Positions 50,434-60,147 of a DNA stretch of 64,000 bases are shown piece by piece. The stretch comes from an archaeon CG10_big_fil_rev_8_21_14_0_10_43_11 (GTDB lineage: Archaea > Nanobdellota > Nanobdellia > PEZQ01): NCBI GenBank assembly GCA_002763265.1, contig PEZQ01000006.1, positions 94,141 to 158,140 on the forward strand, in the 5' to 3' direction. The first letter of the stretch is position 1, and each line of letters starts with the position of its first letter. Position numbers and translations under genes: made by a program. Below the pieces are notes generated by a model, which searched no databases, was not told where the DNA came from, and saw nothing but the letters and a program-made list of their open reading frames with translations.

Positions 50434-50586
50434 TTATGAAAATATGTTAACAAGCCGGAGTGCATCATCTGCAAACGAGCCGAGCACACCAGTTTGCCAC
50501 ATAATAACAAAGCCAATAATAACCCCAATCACAATAAGCGTGATAAGAATGCCGGTTACAAGGTCAAATTCCGCGTGCGTGTTCAT
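50434..50586 (-). CDS. 50-aa mini-pilin-like protein (absent from ORF track)
   Basis: MNTHA|EFDLVTGILITLIVIGVIIGFVIMWQTG...; ATGA overlap with upstream gene. Confidence 0.72.
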   Translation of the reverse strand: MNTHAEFDLVTGILITLIVIGVIIGFVIMWQTGVLGSFADDALRLVNIFS

Positions 50587-53042
50587 TTACAGCACCATCC
50601 TGCATTGTCAATCGCATTAGAGAGATAGATTTGCGTGTCTTGTCCGGTGATTGCAAGCGACACAGTTGATGTTGTGCATGCAACATTTTGATTTGCGCAC
50701 GCGTCTTCATAGGTGCTTCCCGTAAGTGTGGTCCCGCAGCATGTCTCACAGGATTCGAACGTGTTTTGTTCCTTGCTTAAAACGCCGCAACCGCTACCAA
50801 TGCCTGCAACGCAGGTCACGCCATAGTTTAGCTGGTTTTCGCATACAAACTCAGTGTCAACAGGCGTGCACGTGCTCAGGAAGTTGTGCGTTTTCTCGTA
50901 ATACCCATGAACAGGGATGCGCACGTCTTCAACAATCGTAAAGCCAGCAAGTCCTGAACAAAAGTTGTTCACGTCAAGGGTGAGGGTGCCATCAAAGGGT
51001 ATTGAACCCATGTTTTTGAATCGTACGCGCACGTGTCCTTGTTTGAGTTCGCTCTCATCAAGGGTTGCTTTATACGCGCACGCGCCGTTATTGCATGCGT
51101 AGTCGCGATACACACTTTGCCCGTTTTCATCGTAGAATCCATCAAGGTCATTGCAATTCTTTTGCGTGCTCTTAAGCACGTTTGACGCACAGTAATAATC
51201 AGTAAGCGTTTCTTCGTCTTGGCACTCGTCTTCAAAGGTTTGTTCAAGACACGCCCCATCAAAACAGCCGGGCGCGTACTCTGTTGTATCAAACGTGGTG
51301 AAGCTTGGCTGGGTTTCTCCTGTGCAGTAGCGCGCGCATTCAACTAGAGTTGAGTCATAGCTTGTTCCTATTGCACTATATTCGCGCACTTGGGTTTGGT
51401 AGTTGTTTACAAAAATTCCTTCGCACGCGTCTTCAAAGTCAGTGTAAGGGCAGAGTACAACGCTTCCAAAACTGCAATCAGCACCTTCACATGATGCTTG
51501 CCAGTAGTAATCGCGGACTTTGTCTTTGCTAAACACGTCAGCGGCATCAGCAAGAACCGTGTCTGTCAGACTTAAATCGTCAGATGCCGCGTTGTTGCAG
51601 CATATTGCTGTTTCTTCAGCAATGCCATCACAGTTATTGTCAGGAATGCCATCACAAATTTCTGGCGCGCCAGGGTATACTGTGCCATACGCGTCACTGC
51701 ACATGTTTTCATTGTCTCCGTCGCATTCAACATCAAAACCATCCCCGTCCAGGTCAGTTCCTGCAAGTTCGCATGATACTGAGATGTCAGCATTGCACTC
51801 ATTTGCACTGCACGAGCACGTGTCAAGATTGCACGCATTTGGTTGTGCTCTGCAATCATAATAGTCATAAGAATTGTCACCATACAACACCAAGCCGAGC
51901 GCGCCAAGGGTTCCTTTCACAAAATCGTTTGTATAACAACCACTGTTTTGCGAGCAGTCAGAAGGCGCGCATCCTGTTGTGTCGGTATCGCACACCGCTC
52001 CGCACGCGCCTGCGTTACACGTGTAGAGTGAAAGGCAGGTGTCTTTTGGCACGCATGCTGAAACCGGGTTTCCGTTTTCATCAGTAACTGATGATGCTTT
52101 GTTGCCGTTGCATGCAGCGCAAAATTCGCATGCACCATCTGATGTGCAGTCTGCTTGCGAGCGTTGCGCGCAATTTGAAGGAATAATACCAATTATGTCT
52201 GTTTGAGAATCAGCAAGAGGGGTTCCTGCATCACTATCAACAGAACATGCACCGCCTTGCTTATTTGAAATATAACACTCTGCAGTTACTTCGCCTGCAG
52301 TGCTTGATATGCAGCTAAATTGCGCATGAGCGCCATCCCAGCTTTGCCACGCACAATCAGAGCCTCCTTGTATGCGCGCACCAATGCAATTTGCATTGAC
52401 AAGCGAGCTTTCACACTGTACCGTAAACGCGGTGTTTTGAACTGCCGTATTGGGGGCGGTTATACCTTCCAGTGTGAGGCAGGTCACATCTTGCGTGTCA
52501 GTTCTGCCGTCGCAATCGTTGTCAAGACCATCATCGCACACCTCAGTTGTGCCAGATACTGCGCCGGTGCACCCGCCAAATGCGCCTGCAGAACAGTATT
52601 TGGTTCCGCTCTGGCACACGCCGGTGTCCGTGCCGCATGATGCGGAGAACAGGTCAATAGTGCCATCACAGTTGTCATCAACATTGTTGCAGCGCTCTTG
52701 TGCGCCAGGATAGATACGCGCATCAGTTGGGTTGCAGTCAACAGCATCATTATAGCCGTCTCCATCAGCGTCAGAGAACGTGCAAAACCCATTGGAGCAC
52801 AGCTTTTCTTGCGCACAGGCTCCCGTAATACAGTCCGCTCGTTGAATACCGCCCGTAATGTATTCTTCACAGTGCTGATCTGAAGAGCATTGTACTTGTT
52901 TAGCGCCAAAAAATCGTTCCAGCTGGTACGAGCAAGACGTGGCGCAATAGGATTCAATATCGCTGATTAGACGTGCGTGCGCGCTTTGCGCGCTCATAGC
53001 AATCAAGAACGCAATGACTATGAGGAGTATATACTTACTCAC
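50583..53042 (-). CDS. secreted Cys-rich protein with MopE-like metal-binding repeats
   Basis: Sec signal (..SAHA|); DADGDGY..DC...IYPGAQERCNNVDDNCDG, EVCDDGLDNDCDG, YPGAPEICDGIPDNNCDG. Confidence 0.88.
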   Translation of the reverse strand: MSKYILLIVIAFLIAMSAQSAHARLISDIESYCATSCSYQLERFFGAKQVQCSSDQHCEEYITGGIQRADCITGACAQEKLCSNGFCTFSDADGDGYNDAVDCNPTDARIYPGAQERCNNVDDNCDGTIDLFSASCGTDTGVCQSGTKYCSAGAFGGCTGAVSGTTEVCDDGLDNDCDGRTDTQDVTCLTLEGITAPNTAVQNTAFTVQCESSLVNANCIGARIQGGSDCAWQSWDGAHAQFSCISSTAGEVTAECYISNKQGGACSVDSDAGTPLADSQTDIIGIIPSNCAQRSQADCTSDGACEFCAACNGNKASSVTDENGNPVSACVPKDTCLSLYTCNAGACGAVCDTDTTGCAPSDCSQNSGCYTNDFVKGTLGALGLVLYGDNSYDYYDCRAQPNACNLDTCSCSANECNADISVSCELAGTDLDGDGFDVECDGDNENMCSDAYGTVYPGAPEICDGIPDNNCDGIAEETAICCNNAASDDLSLTDTVLADAADVFSKDKVRDYYWQASCEGADCSFGSVVLCPYTDFEDACEGIFVNNYQTQVREYSAIGTSYDSTLVECARYCTGETQPSFTTFDTTEYAPGCFDGACLEQTFEDECQDEETLTDYYCASNVLKSTQKNCNDLDGFYDENGQSVYRDYACNNGACAYKATLDESELKQGHVRVRFKNMGSIPFDGTLTLDVNNFCSGLAGFTIVEDVRIPVHGYYEKTHNFLSTCTPVDTEFVCENQLNYGVTCVAGIGSGCGVLSKEQNTFESCETCCGTTLTGSTYEDACANQNVACTTSTVSLAITGQDTQIYLSNAIDNAGWCCK

Positions 53043-54096
53043 GCCAGCACGTCACCCCATTTTCAGCAGTTTGCCCGCACGTGAAACCTGCAAGCGAACA
53101 TTCAAGACTGCCAGTTCGCCATCCTGCATCAACGCAGACTGGTTCTTCTGTTGGCGGGGCTTCATTTGCTTCTTTTGCCCGATAGGTAAGGTATTGTTTT
53201 ATGAGTTTAGCAAGGTTTTGTTGCGTGAGTTCAAGAAGCATGCTTACGCTTCTTACACCGTGCAGGGAATCGCCCGTGAGCGTAATAGTGTTATATGTTG
53301 CAAATGAGTGTTCAGCTGTTTCAACAAGCATGCACAACGACCCGTCACAAGTGGTGCGCGCTACCTTAAGATTTGAAAAATAAGGTGAACCAAACGCAGC
53401 AAATACTGCACCAAGAGCTGCTTCATGGTTTGTTTTATCAAGCAGGATGTTGTAGCCAATCACTTCAAAATCATCATAATACACAGTTAAAAGAAACGCG
53501 TCTGCTTGGAATGAAAAACCAAAATAAGGCGTTGTCACGAGGCTTGGCTTTGCCTGTTCAAGACCAAAATGCGAAGCAATGCTTTGTGCTTGCGCTTCAA
53601 ATGCATTAAAATCGTATGTGTATTGTTTTTCATAAAACGAGAGTTCCACTGCAGGAATGTATTGTACTTCCTGTTCAAGGCGTAATTCGCGTTCTTGTCC
53701 CTGCTCGTCAAAATAGGTGATGGTCTTATTTTCTTCGTTAACAAACACGCTCCCGTTTGTTGCATAGATGTTTTGTTCTTGTTCAAAAGAGGTGATAAGC
53801 TCATTTGTGGTGTAATTAAAGGATACGAGCATAGTTGATTCAAAAAGCGCTTTGTGGTCTCTATACAAATCCACAACCGCCATGTTAAGCGCGTCACGCT
53901 GCGGAGGTGTTGCTATAAGTGTGATACTCTTATTTGCAGACAGGTCTTTTCCTGGAACAAGAAAAGAAAGTTCTTGTTCAAAAAATATAGCGTCATTGCT
54001 CACTGGAGGAAGTGCTTGTCTGCCAAAAAAGAAGATGCCAAAAATGCCTATAACAATTAGGACGCCAGCAGTAAAAAAAAAGGTGTGGGGTCTCAT
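53035..54096 (-). CDS. membrane-anchored extracellular protein
   Basis: N-terminal TM, C-terminal 4-Cys module. Confidence 0.75.
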   Translation of the reverse strand: MRPHTFFFTAGVLIVIGIFGIFFFGRQALPPVSNDAIFFEQELSFLVPGKDLSANKSITLIATPPQRDALNMAVVDLYRDHKALFESTMLVSFNYTTNELITSFEQEQNIYATNGSVFVNEENKTITYFDEQGQERELRLEQEVQYIPAVELSFYEKQYTYDFNAFEAQAQSIASHFGLEQAKPSLVTTPYFGFSFQADAFLLTVYYDDFEVIGYNILLDKTNHEAALGAVFAAFGSPYFSNLKVARTTCDGSLCMLVETAEHSFATYNTITLTGDSLHGVRSVSMLLELTQQNLAKLIKQYLTYRAKEANEAPPTEEPVCVDAGWRTGSLECSLAGFTCGQTAENGVTCWRE

Positions 54097-55682
54097 GCGT
54101 CACCTCGCCTTGGCGTGTCAACGCTTAATCTGCCAAGCTCAGAGTATACCGGGATAACAAAGAGGTTTTGCGTGCTCTCAAGTCTTTCAAAAGATTTGTA
54201 CACATTTGCTTCTTGACCCGTGACACTGATGCTCGCGCGCGCAGTTACCCTATCTGATGAGTAGGTGCATCCGTCTTCAGGGTCGCATGAAATAGCCGTG
54301 TAGCCAATACCGTCCACATCTTGAAGCGAACACAAAACCGTGCGCGTTTGTCCTGCAGGAACGCTCACACTTCCATCACACAAGAGAATTTCTTGCGGTG
54401 TTGGGTCAGTGACGTGTTCAATGACTTGCGCGTAAAGCGTATAATCTACAGGTTTTTCAAGGTCACCATTGTTTTGAATATCAAAAGAGTATGTTGCGTA
54501 GTACTGTGTCGGGTGGTTTGTAACCATAAGTGAGCCTCTTCTCATGCTCACATTGATGAATTCAAATGCATAGAAGGTTTCTTTGCTGAGCATGTTGTCA
54601 AGCGCGTTTTCATCAGCACTGTCTGTTTCAAGGTCGTTGCCATTAAGCGTGCCATCACCATCAATATCCTCATCAAGGATGTTTGCAATCCCATCAGCAT
54701 CATCATCTTGTTGGGCTTGCGCAAGTGTGATAAACTGGTCAGGCCGCGAGTCACCATCAAGGTCAGGGTCATGAATGTCAAGAATGCCGTCCCCGTCCGT
54801 GTCTTTGGTTGAAAGGTCAGTGCGGATAAATTGGATTGATGCGCTTATGTTTCCGTTTTGTGTTAGAATTGAATACGGGTAGTCAATGCCATTTGATTGC
54901 CTGACAAGACGGCATGACACGTCTTGGTTGCTGTTTTCTTCAACGTACGCGAGTGTTTCTCTGCAAAACACGCATGCACCGGTTTGCGCGTCAGGGTTTT
55001 GGCACGCATTATTTATTGCAGAAACAGCGTAGGCAATGTCATTGACAAGAAAGCGATTTTGAATACTTGCGGTGATTGTGGGATTGTTCACATCCTCATT
55101 AAAATTGATTCCTGTTACGCGAACATTATACGGTTTTTTTGCACAAAACAGGTCTTGGTCTTGAGAGAGAAGGGGATAGACCTGCACAATTTCATCAACG
55201 TCGCTTGAAACATCTGCTTTATAGGTGGTAATGTGCAAGTGAAAATCGCCTACACATTCAGAATAGAGAGGTAATTCACATGCGTAGTTTGCAAAGCTTC
55301 CTGCAGGGACTGTTTTTTGTTCAGTGCAACCAGGATAGGCAAAGCTTTTGTCTTGCTTGAAATTGCTTACAAACGCGCTGAGAATGGGCGCAAGATTTTC
55401 CCGTTCATTATAATTACATATTTCAACGCGCAGGACGCCGCGTCCTTCATCACTCAATGAGGTTGGTTCACGCGTGACTTCAATAAAGGGTGTAGAGCAA
55501 TTCACAATTCTTGAAAACCCCGCGGCTTCCTGAAAGTTTATGCCAACAGCAATTGCTTCGCCAGTAGGGCTTCTTGAAGATTGTGAAAAAATGAATCCTG
55601 AAAGAAGAAGCACTACTGGTGCAAGAAGGAGAAGAAAACCAATAAGTGCAAGAATCAGTTTAAGCTGTCCTTTTGAATTCAT
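54093..55682 (-). CDS. pilin-like protein with thrombospondin type-3-like Ca-binding repeats
   Basis: MNSKG|QLKL signal; DTDGDGILDIHDPDLDGD and DDDADGIANILDEDIDGDG; Ig/CARDB-like IQNNGD. Confidence 0.85.
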   Translation of the reverse strand: MNSKGQLKLILALIGFLLLLAPVVLLLSGFIFSQSSRSPTGEAIAVGINFQEAAGFSRIVNCSTPFIEVTREPTSLSDEGRGVLRVEICNYNERENLAPILSAFVSNFKQDKSFAYPGCTEQKTVPAGSFANYACELPLYSECVGDFHLHITTYKADVSSDVDEIVQVYPLLSQDQDLFCAKKPYNVRVTGINFNEDVNNPTITASIQNRFLVNDIAYAVSAINNACQNPDAQTGACVFCRETLAYVEENSNQDVSCRLVRQSNGIDYPYSILTQNGNISASIQFIRTDLSTKDTDGDGILDIHDPDLDGDSRPDQFITLAQAQQDDDADGIANILDEDIDGDGTLNGNDLETDSADENALDNMLSKETFYAFEFINVSMRRGSLMVTNHPTQYYATYSFDIQNNGDLEKPVDYTLYAQVIEHVTDPTPQEILLCDGSVSVPAGQTRTVLCSLQDVDGIGYTAISCDPEDGCTYSSDRVTARASISVTGQEANVYKSFERLESTQNLFVIPVYSELGRLSVDTPRRGDA

Positions 55683-55683
55683 G

Positions 55684-57747
55684 TTATGTCCCCCCAATAG
55701 TAAGCGCAAAGCGCGTAAGACCGCCAAACAAGATGGTCACGCCAAGTGTTACAAATGTGTATACAATGGTGCCCATCATAAGTGTTTTGCCAACTTTTTG
55801 TTTTTGCTTAATAGGGTCTCCGGCAAATTCAACTTGCGAGGCAAGATACATCATAAGAATAACCACCTCAATAAAGTAGATGCCCACAATAAGCTGGAAT
55901 GTGGTGAGAGGTATGGCATCTTTTACGTTAAACAAGCCAATAGACCAGACCGAAGACAATCCAAAACCGCCTTCTGAAGCTGCGGCCTGGCTTTCAAGTT
56001 GTTCCATTTGCAGGTTCATGCTGGTAAGAATCATCATAATCATGCTGGTAAGACCAACAACAATTCCTGAAATCATAGGCGCAACAATGCTTGACTCAAA
56101 TGAAAGGCTTGAGAGGGTTTCTGAGAGCACATCTTTGATTTTTTCAGTAATAGTATGCACGTTTGAAAGGTATCGCGAAACATTTGAAAGCGACGACGCA
56201 GCGATTTCAAGACTTTTTTCAGCACCCTGAATCATAATTTTCATAGCCGCAGAAACAAGGTGCGACGGGTAGTAAACGAGCGCGCCAAGTTTTGAATCAA
56301 AAATTGCCTGTTCAGCACCCATGCCCAGTCTTTGCATGTTATCAACCATTTTATAGAAGAAACTGGCAGACTCCGAGCCTTTCATGCTTTCTGCAACTTT
56401 AAGTGCGGCAAGTTCAACGGGGAATCCTTCACTAATACGGTTTGCAAGCTGAAATGCCGTGTTTGCAAACTGGGATTCAAGGTTTTCAATTTCTTCACGC
56501 AATTTAAGACGCTGAAATGAAGTAAGATAGGTGTAAAAAAATATCGAAAGCGCGGTTCCCACAATAGGTAAAAGCGTGATGTACACATCCCACTCTGAAG
56601 GTATTCCACCAAAGGGATTGATAAAAAGATAGACAAGATAGGGTATAACCGCTGTTGCAAAAACAATAAGAGAGATAGGAAGAGCCGGCAGGCTGACGCG
56701 TTTTTTTCCAAGGGTGATAAAAAACCAGCCGGGTTTTGGTACAAGAGGATGGTGAGAAATGTCAGGATATGAAAACGCAATGGGCCTGTTTGCAAGGGTT
56801 CGCTGTATCATAAAAAACACGCCAAGCGGGAGCAGGAAATTGTAGAGAATAATAAGCGCGCGTGAGCTAATGAGTTCTGAGAGAAACGCACCAATAATAG
56901 GCAGCGTGATAAGTCCAAAAATAGGCAAGCTGATACCAAGCATATAAATTCCTTCAATCGGGTTTTTGAGCGCGTTAGAATAGTGCACCATGGTCTCAAG
57001 CGTGCCCTGCAGGATTCGGTCAAGCGCTTTTTCTAAAAGTCCAAGGCGTTTCTCATCTGATACTTGATACATGCTAGAGGTTACGAGAAACACAGAATCA
57101 ACAAATTCAGGATTGGTTTCTTTCCATTGATTAACATACACGTCAAGGGCTTCTTTGACGGTCATATATTTTTTTGACTCAACATCCCACAAGATTTTTT
57201 TAAAATCGTTTGCAAGCGGTCCTTCCAAGTTTTCAGCAACAAAACGAAGCGCTCCTTCAAGGTTTGCAGTGTGGCGCATAAAAATAACCATGTAGAGAAT
57301 TGCCATGACCAGTTCTGTTGAACTTTTGAGCTTGCGCGCTTTGACCTTGTTTGTTGGGTAATTACGAAAATATGAGTACAAACCAAAGGTGAGAGCAAGG
57401 CCCAACAGGAATACCATAATTGAAAAGGTGAGCACAAAAACAACTGCTGAAATAGCGAGTCCAAGAACAATTGCAACAACAGAAGTAGTCATGACTTGTT
57501 GTGGCGTGATGCGAAGTCCAAGCGTGTCAATGCTTTCTTGCAGGCTTTGCTCGTCTTTTTTTGACACGCTCATAGAAAAGAGCTTTCCAACCCTGCGGTA
57601 AATGATTTCAACACGCGTAAGACCCTCAGTTTCCGCTCGTTGAAATTCTTTATAGTAGTAAGATGAGGCGCGTTGTGCTTTTGTTTCATCTTGGGTTGCG
57701 CGCTTTAGATTAAGTTCTTTTTTGAGTTCCTGTTCATCAAGTTCCAT
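55684..57747 (-). CDS. TadB/TadC-like membrane platform protein, system 2
   Basis: Multi-TM, NLEGALRFVA..GPLANDFKKILWDVE; follows the ATPase. Confidence 0.88.
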   Translation of the reverse strand: MELDEQELKKELNLKRATQDETKAQRASSYYYKEFQRAETEGLTRVEIIYRRVGKLFSMSVSKKDEQSLQESIDTLGLRITPQQVMTTSVVAIVLGLAISAVVFVLTFSIMVFLLGLALTFGLYSYFRNYPTNKVKARKLKSSTELVMAILYMVIFMRHTANLEGALRFVAENLEGPLANDFKKILWDVESKKYMTVKEALDVYVNQWKETNPEFVDSVFLVTSSMYQVSDEKRLGLLEKALDRILQGTLETMVHYSNALKNPIEGIYMLGISLPIFGLITLPIIGAFLSELISSRALIILYNFLLPLGVFFMIQRTLANRPIAFSYPDISHHPLVPKPGWFFITLGKKRVSLPALPISLIVFATAVIPYLVYLFINPFGGIPSEWDVYITLLPIVGTALSIFFYTYLTSFQRLKLREEIENLESQFANTAFQLANRISEGFPVELAALKVAESMKGSESASFFYKMVDNMQRLGMGAEQAIFDSKLGALVYYPSHLVSAAMKIMIQGAEKSLEIAASSLSNVSRYLSNVHTITEKIKDVLSETLSSLSFESSIVAPMISGIVVGLTSMIMMILTSMNLQMEQLESQAAASEGGFGLSSVWSIGLFNVKDAIPLTTFQLIVGIYFIEVVILMMYLASQVEFAGDPIKQKQKVGKTLMMGTIVYTFVTLGVTILFGGLTRFALTIGGT

Positions 57748-60022
57748 GTTTTTTGAGTTTTGCCTTAAGCCAGATTTCGTATTCCAAGAGCACGCGTTTT
57801 GGCGTGGCATATCCCTGCTTTTGAGCGATGCGTTCGCTTACGCGATGAAATGCTTCATTTGAGGGAATGACAAAATCAGCTTCAAGAAGGTCAGGTCTCT
57901 TGAGTTTTTTTGCGTAATCAGTAATGAGTTTCATAATGTTTGCGCGCAATTCAATGTTCTCATACACGCGGTCCCAGTTCCCTGCCCATTCCTTGACGCG
58001 TCCTGCAATTGATTTGAGCACGTCACTTTCTCCTTCCACAAGCGCAGATGTGGGGATGAGCTGGTCTTTTCGCGCGTCATATTCCATGAGCGTGACAAAT
58101 CCTCGTTCAGCAACAGGGTCTTGCTCCCACTCCTTTCGCACTTCAGTAATGCTTGTGATGCGACGATATTCGTGCAAACCGTCAGGGCTTCGCAGCTTGT
58201 TTGCAAGAACAATAATATCAGTTGCTTTGAAACTGGTTCGCGGCACGCCAAGATCGTTTACCACGCGGTCAAAAATACCGTACGGCGAGTCGCCGTGAAT
58301 AGTTCCTGCAACCACATTTGCAAGCGCGCCAACACGCATTGCTTCATAGAGCGCGAGCGCTTCAGTAGAGCGCACTTCACCTACAATCAGTGCTGAATCC
58401 CCAAGGCGAAGCGTGGTGCGAATACCATCTGCTGCTGAAAGCTCATTTTGCTCGCCAAGAATCGCGCTTCGCACTTTGATTGGAACAATATCATAACCAA
58501 ATTCCTGAAGAGCAGTCACCGGTAGTTCAAGGGTGTCTTCTACGGTGATGATACGATATTTTCGCATGATTTGCACAAGCAGTGAGCCAAGAAAAGAAGA
58601 TTTTCCTGAACCGCGGGTTCCTGCAACAAGCATGGTGCGCGCGCCGTCAACAAGAAACCATAAGAGCCCTGATGCAAGGGGTGTGAGCATTTTGTAGCTT
58701 GTAAAAAGCGGAAGTGTCCATGGCTTTGGCCGGTGCTGTCTAAATGCGTAGGCGTAGCCCTTTGGTGAGAGAGGCGACTGGATGACGGCAACACGCGCGC
58801 GGGCGTGGGGAAGCGAGAGTTCTGTGTCAAGAACAGGGTGAGATTCATCAAGGGGTCTTCCGCTAAGCATTCTAAAACGTGATGTCCAGGAACGCACGTC
58901 ATTGATGTTTGGCAGAATGTTTGTATTCATTTCACCATACTTGTTATGCGTGACAATAATGGGTACGCGCCCAACAGGAGGGTTGACATAAATGTTTTCA
59001 ATATCGCGGTCAAGAAGCAGGACTTCAACAAGTCCAAAACCAACGGTGAGACGCACAAGGATTTCTGCAAGTTTTTCAATGCGTTCATATTTAATTTTTG
59101 CGCCGCGCGATTCAGCTATTTGTTCGAGCAGGTCTTTTGCAACGTTGAAAAAGACTTCGCGCATTCGTTTTGGGTCAACAAATTCTTCTTTTCGCGGTTT
59201 GTGTTTTGAGAGGATTTCACGCGCCTTGGTGAGAAGCGAGTACTCCTCATCATTGAGTTTGAACTCAAGAGGACGCACGTGATACATCGGCTTGACTTGG
59301 TTTGGTGTTTCGTAAATAGTAACATCAACATCTTCGTGCGGTTTGTAAATGTCTAGTTCCCGCGCGCCAGCAGGAGGCTGGCTCATAAGGCGCGTGTACA
59401 TAAAGTTTGGTTTGATGTGCGGTTCAAACAAAACGCGATACACACTTCGGTCTCCAACCTTGTATCCTGCAAGATATTTGTCACTTTTTTTGATGAGTTG
59501 CGTTTTTTCAAGCTTGTCAATAATAGTTTTGAGACGTGCCATGTATTCATGGACTGCTTTTTTCTTGTACGGGTCTTTTACATCGTCTACTTCAACTTTT
59601 TTGAGACGGTGCGTTCGAAGCGCAGTAAGATATGCACCAACCGGATCGCGTTTTAAAAGTTCTAAAATGATGTGGCGAAGAGTAATAAGCGCGCTAGAAA
59701 GCACATCCTCTTGGGCTGCGTTTTCAGCAAGAGGGAGTTTGAGGATTTCATCTTCTTTGATGAGTTTTATGTACACATTTCTAAGCTCGTTTAAAAGCAG
59801 GGCTTGATCGTAGGGATACACATAGTTTCGTTCTTCTGAAAGAATAATGTTTGTTACTTCACCAACTTCAATAAGCGTGTCCATAACCGTGCCCAGGCAC
59901 AGTTCATTATCTTCAAGAGAGGGGTAGGAATGAGTTTGTGTGTAATCAAGCACGAGATTTTTATCAGCACCTTCTCGTTCGATTTTGAACGGTACACCAT
60001 TTTGTTTCTGATTCTCGACCAT
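57737..60022 (-). CDS. type II/IV secretion / pilus assembly ATPase, system 2
   Basis: Walker A GTRGSGKS, VEDTLEL, LIVGEVRS, GTIHG; SD-like GGAGGGTGA upstream. Confidence 0.95.
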   Translation of the reverse strand: MVENQKQNGVPFKIEREGADKNLVLDYTQTHSYPSLEDNELCLGTVMDTLIEVGEVTNIILSEERNYVYPYDQALLLNELRNVYIKLIKEDEILKLPLAENAAQEDVLSSALITLRHIILELLKRDPVGAYLTALRTHRLKKVEVDDVKDPYKKKAVHEYMARLKTIIDKLEKTQLIKKSDKYLAGYKVGDRSVYRVLFEPHIKPNFMYTRLMSQPPAGARELDIYKPHEDVDVTIYETPNQVKPMYHVRPLEFKLNDEEYSLLTKAREILSKHKPRKEEFVDPKRMREVFFNVAKDLLEQIAESRGAKIKYERIEKLAEILVRLTVGFGLVEVLLLDRDIENIYVNPPVGRVPIIVTHNKYGEMNTNILPNINDVRSWTSRFRMLSGRPLDESHPVLDTELSLPHARARVAVIQSPLSPKGYAYAFRQHRPKPWTLPLFTSYKMLTPLASGLLWFLVDGARTMLVAGTRGSGKSSFLGSLLVQIMRKYRIITVEDTLELPVTALQEFGYDIVPIKVRSAILGEQNELSAADGIRTTLRLGDSALIVGEVRSTEALALYEAMRVGALANVVAGTIHGDSPYGIFDRVVNDLGVPRTSFKATDIIVLANKLRSPDGLHEYRRITSITEVRKEWEQDPVAERGFVTLMEYDARKDQLIPTSALVEGESDVLKSIAGRVKEWAGNWDRVYENIELRANIMKLITDYAKKLKRPDLLEADFVIPSNEAFHRVSERIAQKQGYATPKRVLLEYEIWLKAKLKKHGT

Positions 60023-60099
60023 TACCGTAGTTCACCCTCCCACCACGTAGTGATGTTTTGCGAGTTTTTTCGCGCATTAACACTATTTTTTTAAGTATA

Positions 60100-60122
60100 T
60101 AACTATAATAAGAGTATAGTTA
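60100..60122. promoter_or_regulatory. inverted repeat in divergent promoter region
   Basis: TAACTATA-N7-TATAGTTA. Confidence 0.45.
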
Positions 60123-60147
60123 ATTTAAGGTTTCGTGTGATACTACT

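Noticed and set aside
55684..60022. Archaellum operon
   Set aside because: No recognisable ArlH (KaiC-like ATPase), ArlF/G or archaellin sequences
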